From Chitinophagaceae bacterium (GTDB lineage: Bacteria > Bacteroidota > Bacteroidia > Chitinophagales > UBA10324): DNA of 64,000 nucleotides. This document shows, piece by piece, positions 55,814 through 64,000 of this stretch (within the stretch, counting starts at the first letter, position 1; every line of letters starts with the position of its first letter). The notes under the pieces are model-generated. The model worked only from the letters and a program-made list of their open reading frames with translations, was not told where the DNA came from and did no database searches. Location of the stretch: contig CANJII010000015.1 of the NCBI GenBank assembly GCA_947474435.1, forward strand, positions 12,321 to 76,320. The letters run 5' to 3'. The position numbers and the translations under genes were made by a program.

Positions 55814-58465
55814 TCAATAACTCCCCCACCCCGAACTTCGCTTTACCAATTTCAAATCCTGCAATACCGTTGATTTTACATGCAGGTTTAAAAAATATCC
55901 TTGTCGCGTTCCGAACGGAATCCAGCTGATGGTCATTTGCCAGCAATGCAGGTCGCGCATAATTTCCAGGGTAGTGTAGCTGAAATCTTTTCGTTTAAAA
56001 TCATATCCTGATTGTCCGCTGATTTTCCATTTTTCGGTGAGGTTAAAATCGAAATTCACATTCAATGTTTGAGTGTAAATATTTGTGTCCTGCGCATTCA
56101 CAATATTCTTTCGCAACGACAGAATATAATTCAACGAAAAATTCCACGGAATATTAAAATCAGCATACGCCATTGGATTATTATTTATCATTTCATACTC
56201 ATCGGCACTTCCTTCTTCCGGATTATAATTTTTAGCTGATCGTTTTGATTTACTGTGAAAAGTTGCTCCGGCGCTTATGCTGGTTGATAGCAGTTTCGCC
56301 AGTTTATTTTCAGTATGTAACCTGAACGAATTAATTCTTCTGCCACTCTCATTCACCATGTACGGATCAAAAATCGAACTGTATCGAAGGTTTATTTTAT
56401 CGAAAAGTGTGGTGCTTGCATTCAGATTAAAATATCCTAATTGAAAAGTATCAACCGCCAGATTGTAATTACTGGTTAATGAAAGATTGTCGAGCAACTT
56501 TACCTTCTTCACATTATTGATGGTATCCTTTTTTGAAAAAACTTTTAACTCCAGTTGATTGGCAATTCCAAAATTTATTCCGCCAAACTTTCCATTGGTG
56601 GTTCCGCCAAACGGGCTCCGTTCAAAAATGCTGTAAAGTTGTGTGTGCCCCACTGAATCATACTGCACCGGTTTAAAAGTTCCGTATTGCTCATCACCAA
56701 AATCAGGATGATAACTTACACCAACCGATGGGCTCATCACATGCCTGATTGCTTTCAACTTTCCGCGCTTGAAATTTTTTATCCCATAAATGCGGGTACT
56801 CATACTTACAGATGTATTGTAATCATATCCCGTTGCAAATCCTTTTACAGTATCTAATTCAATTCTTTCGCTATCACTGTTCCAGCTTTTCCGAATACTT
56901 TGCAGGTACATTACCTGATTGAAAGTGGCAGACGGTGAAATATTTATGTACTTGAATAAATTGAATGAAGTGGAAACAGGAATGGTGTGTCGTAATCCAT
57001 TACTGAATTTTTCAAGCGTTGCCGGTTGAAACAACAGCGAATCGTATTGCTCCACTTTATTTTCAGCATTCATGCTGTACGAAAATCCTATTTTCTCATA
57101 CCACTTTGGCAACCCGCTGCCCACCTTTTTCTTAAAGGGAGTAATTCTGCTGACATTGAAATTGAACGCCGGTAATTTTATTGCAACAAGGTGCGTGTTA
57201 ATATTCTGGTCGTGGCCCATGTTAATAGCATAACTCATTTTGCGGTTAATAGTACGCGTATAAGAAATTGATGATTTAAAACTGGTACTCAAATATTCAT
57301 TGGCGCTGTAAGCATAAGTTTTATTGAAACTGCTGCTGCCTGCATTTACCGATGCGCTGAATCTGCGCTTCGGATTTGCATGTGAATCCTGATTATAAAT
57401 CCAGGTTACAAAAAAATCATTCTTCTTTGATACCTGGTTGTATTCCAGAAAATAATTTCTGGTTCGGCTGAAACTCACATTCAAACTTCCATTGTATTTA
57501 TATCGCTTGCTGTAAGAAGTTATGGCGTTCAGTTTCCAGCTTCCTCTTGAATAAATATCGCCGCGCAATTGCAAATCATAATAATTTCCCAATGCAAAAT
57601 AGTAACCACCGTTGGTAAGCCCGAAACCCAAATCAGCACGCTGTCCGAATTCAGGCAACAAAATTCCGGATGCTCTGTTCTTGTGCAATGGAAAAATAGC
57701 GAACGGAACAAACAACGGAGTTGGCACATCTTCAATAACTAAATGTGCAGGTCCTGATACAATGACTTTATCGGGCACCACTTTCATTTTTGAAGCACTG
57801 ATGTAAAAATCAGGATGCTCCTTATAACTACAGGTAGTGTATTTATTATCTTTTGCAAAATAACTGTTATCAGCATTGCGTTTCACGGCTTCACTGTGAA
57901 TAAAACCTTCATCTTCCTGTGTGAAAACATTCAGCACTTTTGCACGCTTGGTTTTAAAGTTGAAAGTGATTTTATCGGCTTCATAATTATCTTCTCCCTG
58001 TGTAAAATCCGGCAGCCCGGTGGTTTTATATGTGGCGCTGTCATACAATCCCCAGGCGCTCACCGTATTTTCCTTCCAATCCAGTTCAATAAAATAGGCA
58101 TTCAAAGTAATGTCATCATACATCACCACTGAATTATTGTACAATAAGATTTTTCGATTCTTTACATCTGTTATAATGCTGTCGTCTGCATTATAACTGA
58201 CCGGAACATCAAGCGAATCTTTCGAAAGTTTAATATGATAAGCGAGTGAATCTGTTTTTACAACTGGAGAATCAATAGGGGAAAATAATTGTGGAGTATC
58301 AATTCTTGCAATTGAAAACCCTGATTCAACAAAAAATAATTCTGCAGCATTGGCATAATAATTTCCAATGCATATCAACACCATCAACAGTAAAACTGTA
58401 TGTATTTTTCGAATACTCAAGAGACGAAACCCGATACTTTTGCGTTCATTAAAAAAATTAATCAC
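55814..58465 (-). CDS. putative LPS-assembly outer-membrane protein, LptD-like (OstA-type N-terminal fold + large beta-barrel)
   Basis: 883 aa. Signal/anchor N-terminus; OstA-like segment ITDVKNRKILLYNNSVVMYDDITLNAYFIELDWKENTVSAWG; long beta-strand-rich C-terminal part. The divergent pairing with an amidase-MCE gene pair is the arrangement I recall for Bacteroidota LptD_2 genes. Confidence 0.6.
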   Translation of the reverse strand: MINFFNERKSIGFRLLSIRKIHTVLLLMVLICIGNYYANAAELFFVESGFSIARIDTPQLFSPIDSPVVKTDSLAYHIKLSKDSLDVPVSYNADDSIITDVKNRKILLYNNSVVMYDDITLNAYFIELDWKENTVSAWGLYDSATYKTTGLPDFTQGEDNYEADKITFNFKTKRAKVLNVFTQEDEGFIHSEAVKRNADNSYFAKDNKYTTCSYKEHPDFYISASKMKVVPDKVIVSGPAHLVIEDVPTPLFVPFAIFPLHKNRASGILLPEFGQRADLGFGLTNGGYYFALGNYYDLQLRGDIYSRGSWKLNAITSYSKRYKYNGSLNVSFSRTRNYFLEYNQVSKKNDFFVTWIYNQDSHANPKRRFSASVNAGSSSFNKTYAYSANEYLSTSFKSSISYTRTINRKMSYAINMGHDQNINTHLVAIKLPAFNFNVSRITPFKKKVGSGLPKWYEKIGFSYSMNAENKVEQYDSLLFQPATLEKFSNGLRHTIPVSTSFNLFKYINISPSATFNQVMYLQSIRKSWNSDSERIELDTVKGFATGYDYNTSVSMSTRIYGIKNFKRGKLKAIRHVMSPSVGVSYHPDFGDEQYGTFKPVQYDSVGHTQLYSIFERSPFGGTTNGKFGGINFGIANQLELKVFSKKDTINNVKKVKLLDNLSLTSNYNLAVDTFQLGYFNLNASTTLFDKINLRYSSIFDPYMVNESGRRINSFRLHTENKLAKLLSTSISAGATFHSKSKRSAKNYNPEEGSADEYEMINNNPMAYADFNIPWNFSLNYILSLRKNIVNAQDTNIYTQTLNVNFDFNLTEKWKISGQSGYDFKRKDFSYTTLEIMRDLHCWQMTISWIPFGTRQGYFLNLHVKSTVLQDLKLVKRSSGWGSY

Positions 58466-58494
58466 GGTTTAAACGGAAACAAAAATAGATAATT

Positions 58495-59700
58495 GTGAAG
58501 CGATTTAGTTTTATAACAATATTCATTTTTACTCTACTCTTTGATGCATCTAACACACCATTGGTTGCACACAAGAGTAAAAATCCTTTTTCATTAAAAA
58601 CAATTGTGATTGATGCAGGGCATGGAGGACACGATACAGGTTGTCTTGGTGCAACTGACCGCGAAAAAAATGTAACGCTCGATATTGCATTAAAACTCGG
58701 CGCTCTGATTGAAAAAAATATTCCGGGAGTGAATGTGATTTATACGCGGAAGACCGATGTATTTATTGAATTATATGACCGTGCTAACATTGCAAATAAA
58801 AACAATGCAGATCTTTTTATTTCCATTCATTGTAATGCAAATAAAAACACAAGCGCTTATGGCACCGAAAGCTGGGTCATGGGCTTGCATAAAACTGAAG
58901 CAAATCTTGAAGTGGCTAAACGGGAAAACTCTTCTATACTTCTGGAAGATAATTATTCAGATAATTATGGCGGATTTGATCCTAGTGCTCCCGAATCGTA
59001 TATAATTTTTTCGCTGAATCAGAGTTCGTACATCGATCAAAGCATTGCGCTTGCATCAAGAGTCGAAAACGAATTTGAAAAAGATGGAAGAACAAGCAGA
59101 GGAGTGAAACAATCAGGTTTTTTGGTTTTATGGAAAACCACTATGCCTGCCATTTTGATTGAAACAGGTTTTTTAACTAACAGGACCGAAGAAAAAATAC
59201 TTGCTTCGGAAGAAGGACAGAATGAAATAGTACATTCCATTTTTGATGCTGTAGCAGATTATAAAGAAACTATAGAAGGTACAAAAACAGGAAGCATTTC
59301 TATAGATAAAAACATGGATGGTGTTGATGACAATCCGCCAATTGAGCCGACAAAAACTGAAGTTGTTCCACCAAAAATTGAAAACCCGATTGATACTGTT
59401 GCAATAAAAAAACCAGATTCTATTCCGGTTAAAACAAATCCAACGAATGCAGTTATTTACAAAGTGCAGATTGCGGCTTCTGATAAAACAGTGAGCAAAA
59501 CTGATCCGAAATTTTCAAGCATAAAAGATATGGTGAATGATAAAAGCGCAGGTGGATTGAATCGATATATGGTTGGAAATTATTCGAAACGGACCGAAGC
59601 TGAAACAAGAATGAAAACAATGAAGGCGAAAGGATTTAAAGATGCTTTTATTGTTGCTTATAAAAACGGGAAACGAGTTGCATTGGAAAGCGTAAAATAA
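58495..59700 (+). CDS. N-acetylmuramoyl-L-alanine amidase (Amidase_3) with C-terminal SPOR domain
   Basis: 401 aa with a GTG start. IVIDAGHGGHDTGC, FISIHCNA, ILIETGFLTN. C-terminal YKVQIAAS...GFKDAFIVAYKNGKRV resembles SPOR. Confidence 0.85.
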   Translation: MKRFSFITIFIFTLLFDASNTPLVAHKSKNPFSLKTIVIDAGHGGHDTGCLGATDREKNVTLDIALKLGALIEKNIPGVNVIYTRKTDVFIELYDRANIANKNNADLFISIHCNANKNTSAYGTESWVMGLHKTEANLEVAKRENSSILLEDNYSDNYGGFDPSAPESYIIFSLNQSSYIDQSIALASRVENEFEKDGRTSRGVKQSGFLVLWKTTMPAILIETGFLTNRTEEKILASEEGQNEIVHSIFDAVADYKETIEGTKTGSISIDKNMDGVDDNPPIEPTKTEVVPPKIENPIDTVAIKKPDSIPVKTNPTNAVIYKVQIAASDKTVSKTDPKFSSIKDMVNDKSAGGLNRYMVGNYSKRTEAETRMKTMKAKGFKDAFIVAYKNGKRVALESVK

Positions 59701-59760
59701 TTTTACACTGTGATGGCTGCGCAGAAAGTTTATTTTTGACAAAACAAATTAAAATCAGGA

Positions 59761-60759
59761 TTGAAAATATCTAACGAGTTAAAAATTGGAGTGCTGGCAA
59801 CAGTTGCCATTGTGTTATTCATAATCGGATATAATTTTTTAAAAGGAACTGATGTATTCAGCAGCACCGATACTTTTTATGCAAGCTATAATGAAGTGGA
59901 TGGTCTTGGCTTATCGAACTTTGTAAAAATTAAAGGTTTGAATGTTGGTCGCGTTACTGATCTTGTTTTAGAAAAAGGAAAAGATGGAAGCATCATTGTT
60001 GAATTTACTGTTGACGAAGATTTTAAATTGCCGAAAGGAACCATTGCAAGAATTATTTCATCTGATTTATTAGGAACAAAAGCAATTAATTTAGAATTAG
60101 CCGACACCACAATTTATTATCAGAACGGCGATACCATTTCCTCAGCCTTGCAGGAAAGTTTATCAAAAAGCGTGCAGGCTGAATTGCTTCCGGTAAAAGA
60201 AAAAGCAGAAAATCTTTTGTCTTCCATTGATTCAGTACTCACTATTATAAGAACCATCTTCAACGAAAAAACAACCAATGATATAAAGCAAAGTGTAAGC
60301 AGCATTACTTCTACTTTAAATCACATTAATAATTCAGCTGAGAATGTGGAAGGCTTGCTTGATAAAAACACCACACGGATCGACCGCATTTTTGCAAACA
60401 TCGAAAGCATTTCAATCATGCTGAAAGATAACACTGATAATATTACTGCTGTGCTTTCAAACCTGAATAACATTACCGACACGCTTGCAAAATCAAATCT
60501 AAAACAGGCAATTGCAAGTGCACAAGATGCGCTGGAAACTACAGCCACCATTCTTGATAACATTAAAAGCGGAAAAGGTTCGATGGGTATGTTAATGAAT
60601 GATGATAAATTGTATAACAACCTCGAACAGTCAAGTAAAGATTTGGATTTACTGCTGAAAGATCTGAAAGAAAATCCGAGTGCTTATGTTCACTTCTCAG
60701 TATTTGGCGGCGGCAAGTCGAAAGACGCAAAGCCGGACAGTGCCACGCAGAAAAAATAA
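59761..60759 (+). CDS. MCE/MlaD family protein
   Basis: 332 aa with a TTG start. TM LKIGVLATVAIVLFIIGYNFL, then an MCE domain (VKIKGLNVGRVTDLVL) and a long helical C-terminal region. Confidence 0.8.
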   Translation: MKISNELKIGVLATVAIVLFIIGYNFLKGTDVFSSTDTFYASYNEVDGLGLSNFVKIKGLNVGRVTDLVLEKGKDGSIIVEFTVDEDFKLPKGTIARIISSDLLGTKAINLELADTTIYYQNGDTISSALQESLSKSVQAELLPVKEKAENLLSSIDSVLTIIRTIFNEKTTNDIKQSVSSITSTLNHINNSAENVEGLLDKNTTRIDRIFANIESISIMLKDNTDNITAVLSNLNNITDTLAKSNLKQAIASAQDALETTATILDNIKSGKGSMGMLMNDDKLYNNLEQSSKDLDLLLKDLKENPSAYVHFSVFGGGKSKDAKPDSATQKK

Positions 60760-60768
60760 TTACAATCC

Positions 60769-62292
60769 GTGCTCTGCAGTGTAACAGTTCAAAATTTTTA
60801 TTTGAAATTATACTTTTCATTTTTTCTCATTCTTATTTCTCATTCTTCTTTTTCTCAGGGCACACAAATAAAAATTTTGGGTGCTGATGAATTTGAATAC
60901 AATGATCTTGGTGATGTGAAATTGAAAACCCTTACCGGAAATGTGAAACTGCAACAGGATGATGTTTTTCTTTTTTGCGATAAAGCAATTCTGAACGAAG
61001 ACAATAACAGTCTGGATGCAAATGGAAATGTGGTTATCCGTCAGGATACAGTGGTGATTCTTTCCGATCATCTATTTTATGATGGAACAAACCGAAAAGC
61101 CATTCTTAACGGCAATGTGGTTATGACCGATTCGAAAATGAAATTAAAAACAGCCGCGCTCGATTATGATTTGAATACAAAAATTGCGAGTTATAAAACA
61201 GGCGGAGTGCTTACGAGTGATACTACAACGCTCACCAGCGAAATAGGATATTATTATGCGAACACTAACGATGTTTATTTTAAGAAAGATGTAAAAGTTG
61301 ATTCAAAACAATTCAACCTCACTGCTGATACTTTGCGGTTTAATTCCGAAAACCGTACGGCTTATTTTCTTGGTCCCACAAATATTAATTCTGACAGCAC
61401 CGATATTTTTTGTGAAGGTGGATTTTATGATACTGAAAATGATGTGGCACAATTTACCACCAAAGCAATTATGCTCAATCTGCCCAATGTGCTGAAAGCT
61501 GATTCCATGTGGTACGATAAAAAAAGCGGACATGGAAAATCATCTGGTAATATTAACTGGACTGATACCGCAGAACATTTAACGATTCTTGCTGATCGTG
61601 CATGGTATAATAATTCTGCGAACAATATTCTGGCAGTTGGTCATACACTTTTTATTTCGGAAGATGGTGATGATTCGTTGTTCATGACCGCTGATACACT
61701 GCATTCGGTGGAAGATAGTGCAACAGCGAAAAGAAGTTTCTCCGCATACCATCATGTAAAAATTTTCAAATCAGATTTGCAAGCACTCTGCGATTCGCTT
61801 TATTATTCTGATGAAGATTCTATGTTTCGGTTGTACCAGCATCCTGTTATATGGCTAGAAGATAATCAGATGACGGCCGATACCGTTCGCATTCAGATGA
61901 GTAATCGCAAACCGGAAAAATTTGAACTGATAAAATCTTCGTTCATGATTAGTGAAGTCGATACCGGTTTATACAATCAGGCGAAAGGAAAAAACATTAC
62001 CGGTTTTTTTGAAGCAGGAAAATTGCATCACATGCTGATTGAAGGAAACGGTGAAAGCATTTACTACGCAGCAGATGACAGCGGTGCATTTATTGGCGTT
62101 AATAAAATTGTTTGCAGCAATATGATTATATACACCGACTCCAACAAAGTGAGTCGCATAAAATTTATTTCGAAACCTGAAGGCAACATGTATCCCATCA
62201 ATCAGGCACCACAAGATGAATTAAAACTGAAAGATTTTATCTGGATGGATAGGGAGCGACCAAAGAATCGGTTTGAGTTGAGGAAGAAATAA
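60769..62292 (+). CDS. OstA-like (LptA/LptC-fold) repeat protein
   Basis: 507 aa with a GTG start. Signal peptide, then repeated OstA-type segments (LTGNVKLQQDDVFLFCDKAILNEDNNSLDANGNVVI, ILNGNVVMTDSKMKLKTAALDYD). Confidence 0.65.
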   Translation: MLCSVTVQNFYLKLYFSFFLILISHSSFSQGTQIKILGADEFEYNDLGDVKLKTLTGNVKLQQDDVFLFCDKAILNEDNNSLDANGNVVIRQDTVVILSDHLFYDGTNRKAILNGNVVMTDSKMKLKTAALDYDLNTKIASYKTGGVLTSDTTTLTSEIGYYYANTNDVYFKKDVKVDSKQFNLTADTLRFNSENRTAYFLGPTNINSDSTDIFCEGGFYDTENDVAQFTTKAIMLNLPNVLKADSMWYDKKSGHGKSSGNINWTDTAEHLTILADRAWYNNSANNILAVGHTLFISEDGDDSLFMTADTLHSVEDSATAKRSFSAYHHVKIFKSDLQALCDSLYYSDEDSMFRLYQHPVIWLEDNQMTADTVRIQMSNRKPEKFELIKSSFMISEVDTGLYNQAKGKNITGFFEAGKLHHMLIEGNGESIYYAADDSGAFIGVNKIVCSNMIIYTDSNKVSRIKFISKPEGNMYPINQAPQDELKLKDFIWMDRERPKNRFELRKK

Positions 62293-62304
62293 TTCTTCAC
62301 CCTT

Positions 62305-62333
62305 ACTATTTGTCAAAAATTTTGACAAATAGT
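62305..62333. terminator. 14-bp palindrome between convergent genes (bidirectional terminator candidate)
   Basis: actatttgtcaaaa-a-ttttgacaaatagt. It starts 13 nt after the stop at 62292. Confidence 0.6.
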
Positions 62334-62488
62334 TATACTAATTGCTAATACATTTTTCCGAAAAGCAGTGCCGGCCATCATTATAATACTGCTATTCATT
62401 ATATACGCTACTGAAAACGGTTAAACTATTGGGCATATATTTAAAATTATTCAAGCTATTTTCTGTCTTTTAAAAAGTTGATTTAAAA

Positions 62489-63754
62489 TTAAATCAAAAA
62501 CCTTTTAGCCGGTCTGGATAAGTAAAGTGGAATGATCAGAATGATGGTTCCATATGAAATAAGTTTAAAATAATTAGCCACATCAGATAAATGCCTGCCG
62601 ATAATTCCATCGGTTGTTAAGGTTGTTAATAGGAAAGATGCCAGCAAAAACGAAAAAATAATTCTGATTTTCAACTTCTCATTTCTGTTTTTCCAATTGA
62701 GCATTAAATAACGAATGATAAATGCAACTGCAGGCGCGATTAAAACAAAAGCATATTTATGCTGATGCGGAAAAATAAGCGGCGTGATTAATAAAATGTA
62801 ACTCACCTCCCATCCCATTTGAATTGCAGTTGGTTTTTTACTGAATGGAAAAGCCTTTATGAAAAACAAAGTGAATGAAACAAATACTAATCGTAAAATA
62901 TTTGTTATCCAATTCAATTCAGCAGCATTCATCGAACAAATGTTTCTTGTGATGTTGTATCGTTGATTTTCGCTGGTAAAAAGTGCAGCGCATAACCCCG
63001 ACAATCCTTGCACTCCTTCATGGTCTCCGTTTTCGTTTGCAACGAATGAAGCGTTAGTGGGGTTAATTACTTTCCACCAACTGCTATACAATCCTGAAAC
63101 ATAATCACTGTTAAAAAAAATAAAAGGAGTTAAAAAAAACAGTGCAATAAATAAAACTGTACCGATAGATTCTTTAAAGTAAGACCTGTAAATCAGGTAT
63201 GGAATAAGAATAACAGGAAGTATTTTAATCGAAATTCCCAAAGCCAATAATGCTGAGCCGGCAATCCATTTTTTATTTTGAAACCACGAAATACTTTCCA
63301 GACACACATACAATAAAAAGATAGTCATCTGAGCTTCACCGAAATTATAAAGCAGAAACCGGAAAGAAAAACCATAAGTAAAAATCACTATCAATTCCTT
63401 TTGTATTCCGGTAAGTAACGATGTGTTTAATTGAACCGATAAAATTTTAATGATGCGATAAATGAAAAACACATTGAGCAGTAACCATATATACTCAATT
63501 ACATTTCCATTAAAAAAGGAAAATGGAATTAACAGCAAAGCGAAGAACGGACTATAACTATACTCCTGACTGATATCTTTAATAATTGGAATGGGATGGT
63601 TGTAAATATTTATCTGATGAAATAAAAGTTGCGATGCTCCTAAAAATAAATGCATCATTCCACCATCATGAACACATTGGATACTTTTTATAATAATTGC
63701 AATGGTTGTTAATGCAAAAAACAGAAGTAATACGAATCGTTTTCTTTTAATCAT
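62489..63754 (-). CDS. polytopic membrane glycosyltransferase-like protein (GT87/DUF2029-like)
   Basis: 421 aa, about 10-12 hydrophobic helices, very AT-rich. The overall pattern resembles DUF2029/GT87 proteins from memory; no catalytic motif was verified. Confidence 0.5.
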   Translation of the reverse strand: MIKRKRFVLLLFFALTTIAIIIKSIQCVHDGGMMHLFLGASQLLFHQINIYNHPIPIIKDISQEYSYSPFFALLLIPFSFFNGNVIEYIWLLLNVFFIYRIIKILSVQLNTSLLTGIQKELIVIFTYGFSFRFLLYNFGEAQMTIFLLYVCLESISWFQNKKWIAGSALLALGISIKILPVILIPYLIYRSYFKESIGTVLFIALFFLTPFIFFNSDYVSGLYSSWWKVINPTNASFVANENGDHEGVQGLSGLCAALFTSENQRYNITRNICSMNAAELNWITNILRLVFVSFTLFFIKAFPFSKKPTAIQMGWEVSYILLITPLIFPHQHKYAFVLIAPAVAFIIRYLMLNWKNRNEKLKIRIIFSFLLASFLLTTLTTDGIIGRHLSDVANYFKLISYGTIILIIPLYLSRPAKRFLI

Positions 63755-63858
63755 TCTTTATAATTCGAAATGTAATTCCTGATTTTAGTCAAAGTGAAAA
63801 TAGTTTTTAATCAAATTCTATTTCAATCTGTATTTTAAACAATATTGCTATTCGTTTT

Positions 63859-64000
63859 TCACAACTCATACTTATACAATTCGGCAATAGTTAAATAATA
63901 TTCTTTCTCCGTTTCGAGATAGTTATTGAATGCCTGATTGAAATAATTTATTTCGGTGAAGAATTGTATAGTGGTTATTTCACCCAACGCAAACGACTTG
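63859..64000 (-). CDS. C-terminal fragment of an outer-membrane efflux protein (TolC/CzcC-like), truncated by window edge
   Basis: Hand translation of the minus strand: KSFALGEITTIQFFTEINYFNQAFNNYLETEKEYYLTIAELYKYEL*, with stop at 63861..63859. The F.LGEI....F......A...YL.....Y......L pattern resembles TolC-family C-termini. Confidence 0.35.
   Translation of the reverse strand, partial: KSFALGEITTIQFFTEINYFNQAFNNYLETEKEYYLTIAELYKYEL

Noticed and set aside
1-64000. Search for tRNA, rRNA, tmRNA, CRISPR arrays, transposases or integrases across the window.
   Set aside because: No GTTCGAATC-type T-arm contexts with matching acceptor stems were seen by eye. Nor were there rRNA-like conserved blocks, short regularly spaced direct repeats, or DDE/tyrosine-recombinase-like ORFs. 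A tRNAscan/Infernal run would be needed to be certain about small RNAs.

Overview
This is a 64-kb window from a low-GC, Bacteroidota-type chromosome. That assignment rests on ten proteins with T9SS C-terminal sorting domains, TAnnTTTG -7 boxes with A-rich leaders and no Shine-Dalgarno, LytTR/propeller sensor kinases and an LptD_2-like envelope cluster. I call 49 CDS, two of them truncated at the window edges. I saw no rRNA, tRNA, CRISPR array, transposase, integrase, reverse transcriptase or phage structural module. Housekeeping blocks are pepA-pdxA, nadA-nadB, obg-adk, a front-end-type desaturase, an M14 peptidase, a MazG-like gene, lspA, lptB-recJ, galE/SDR-epimerase/rfbA, thiolase, and an LptD-like/amidase-SPOR/MlaD/OstA-like envelope cluster. 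Accessory blocks are a 1385-aa type-B-CTD adhesin, two tandem propeller+Fn3 T9SS paralogs, an AT-rich 7-repeat propeller gene with an overlapped membrane ORF, two beta-helix T9SS cargos, and a minus-strand cluster of three PKD/T9SS cargo genes around an ECF sigma factor. Most worth a second look: (1) the ECF-sigma partner protein, which combines an anti-sigma-like cytoplasmic N-terminus, one TM helix, a Ser/Asn-rich linker of about 200 aa and a C-terminal outer-membrane-barrel-like domain; (2) a ~34-nt palindromic element present nearly identically inside the M14 peptidase ORF (in frame) and 6 nt upstream of recJ, plus a second GC-rich GCA[GA]AG element family that includes a perfect 22-bp inverted repeat in a divergent promoter region; (3) a propeller-LytS kinase/LytTR regulator next to an orphan tail-fibre-like secreted protein and a BNR-propeller T9SS cargo; (4) a duplicated CTD-plus-terminator module with a compensatory stem change; (5) a decayed copy of the LptD-like gene's 3' end 209 bp downstream of the live one. 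All identities and motif calls were made by eye from the sequence. No database search or structure prediction was run.
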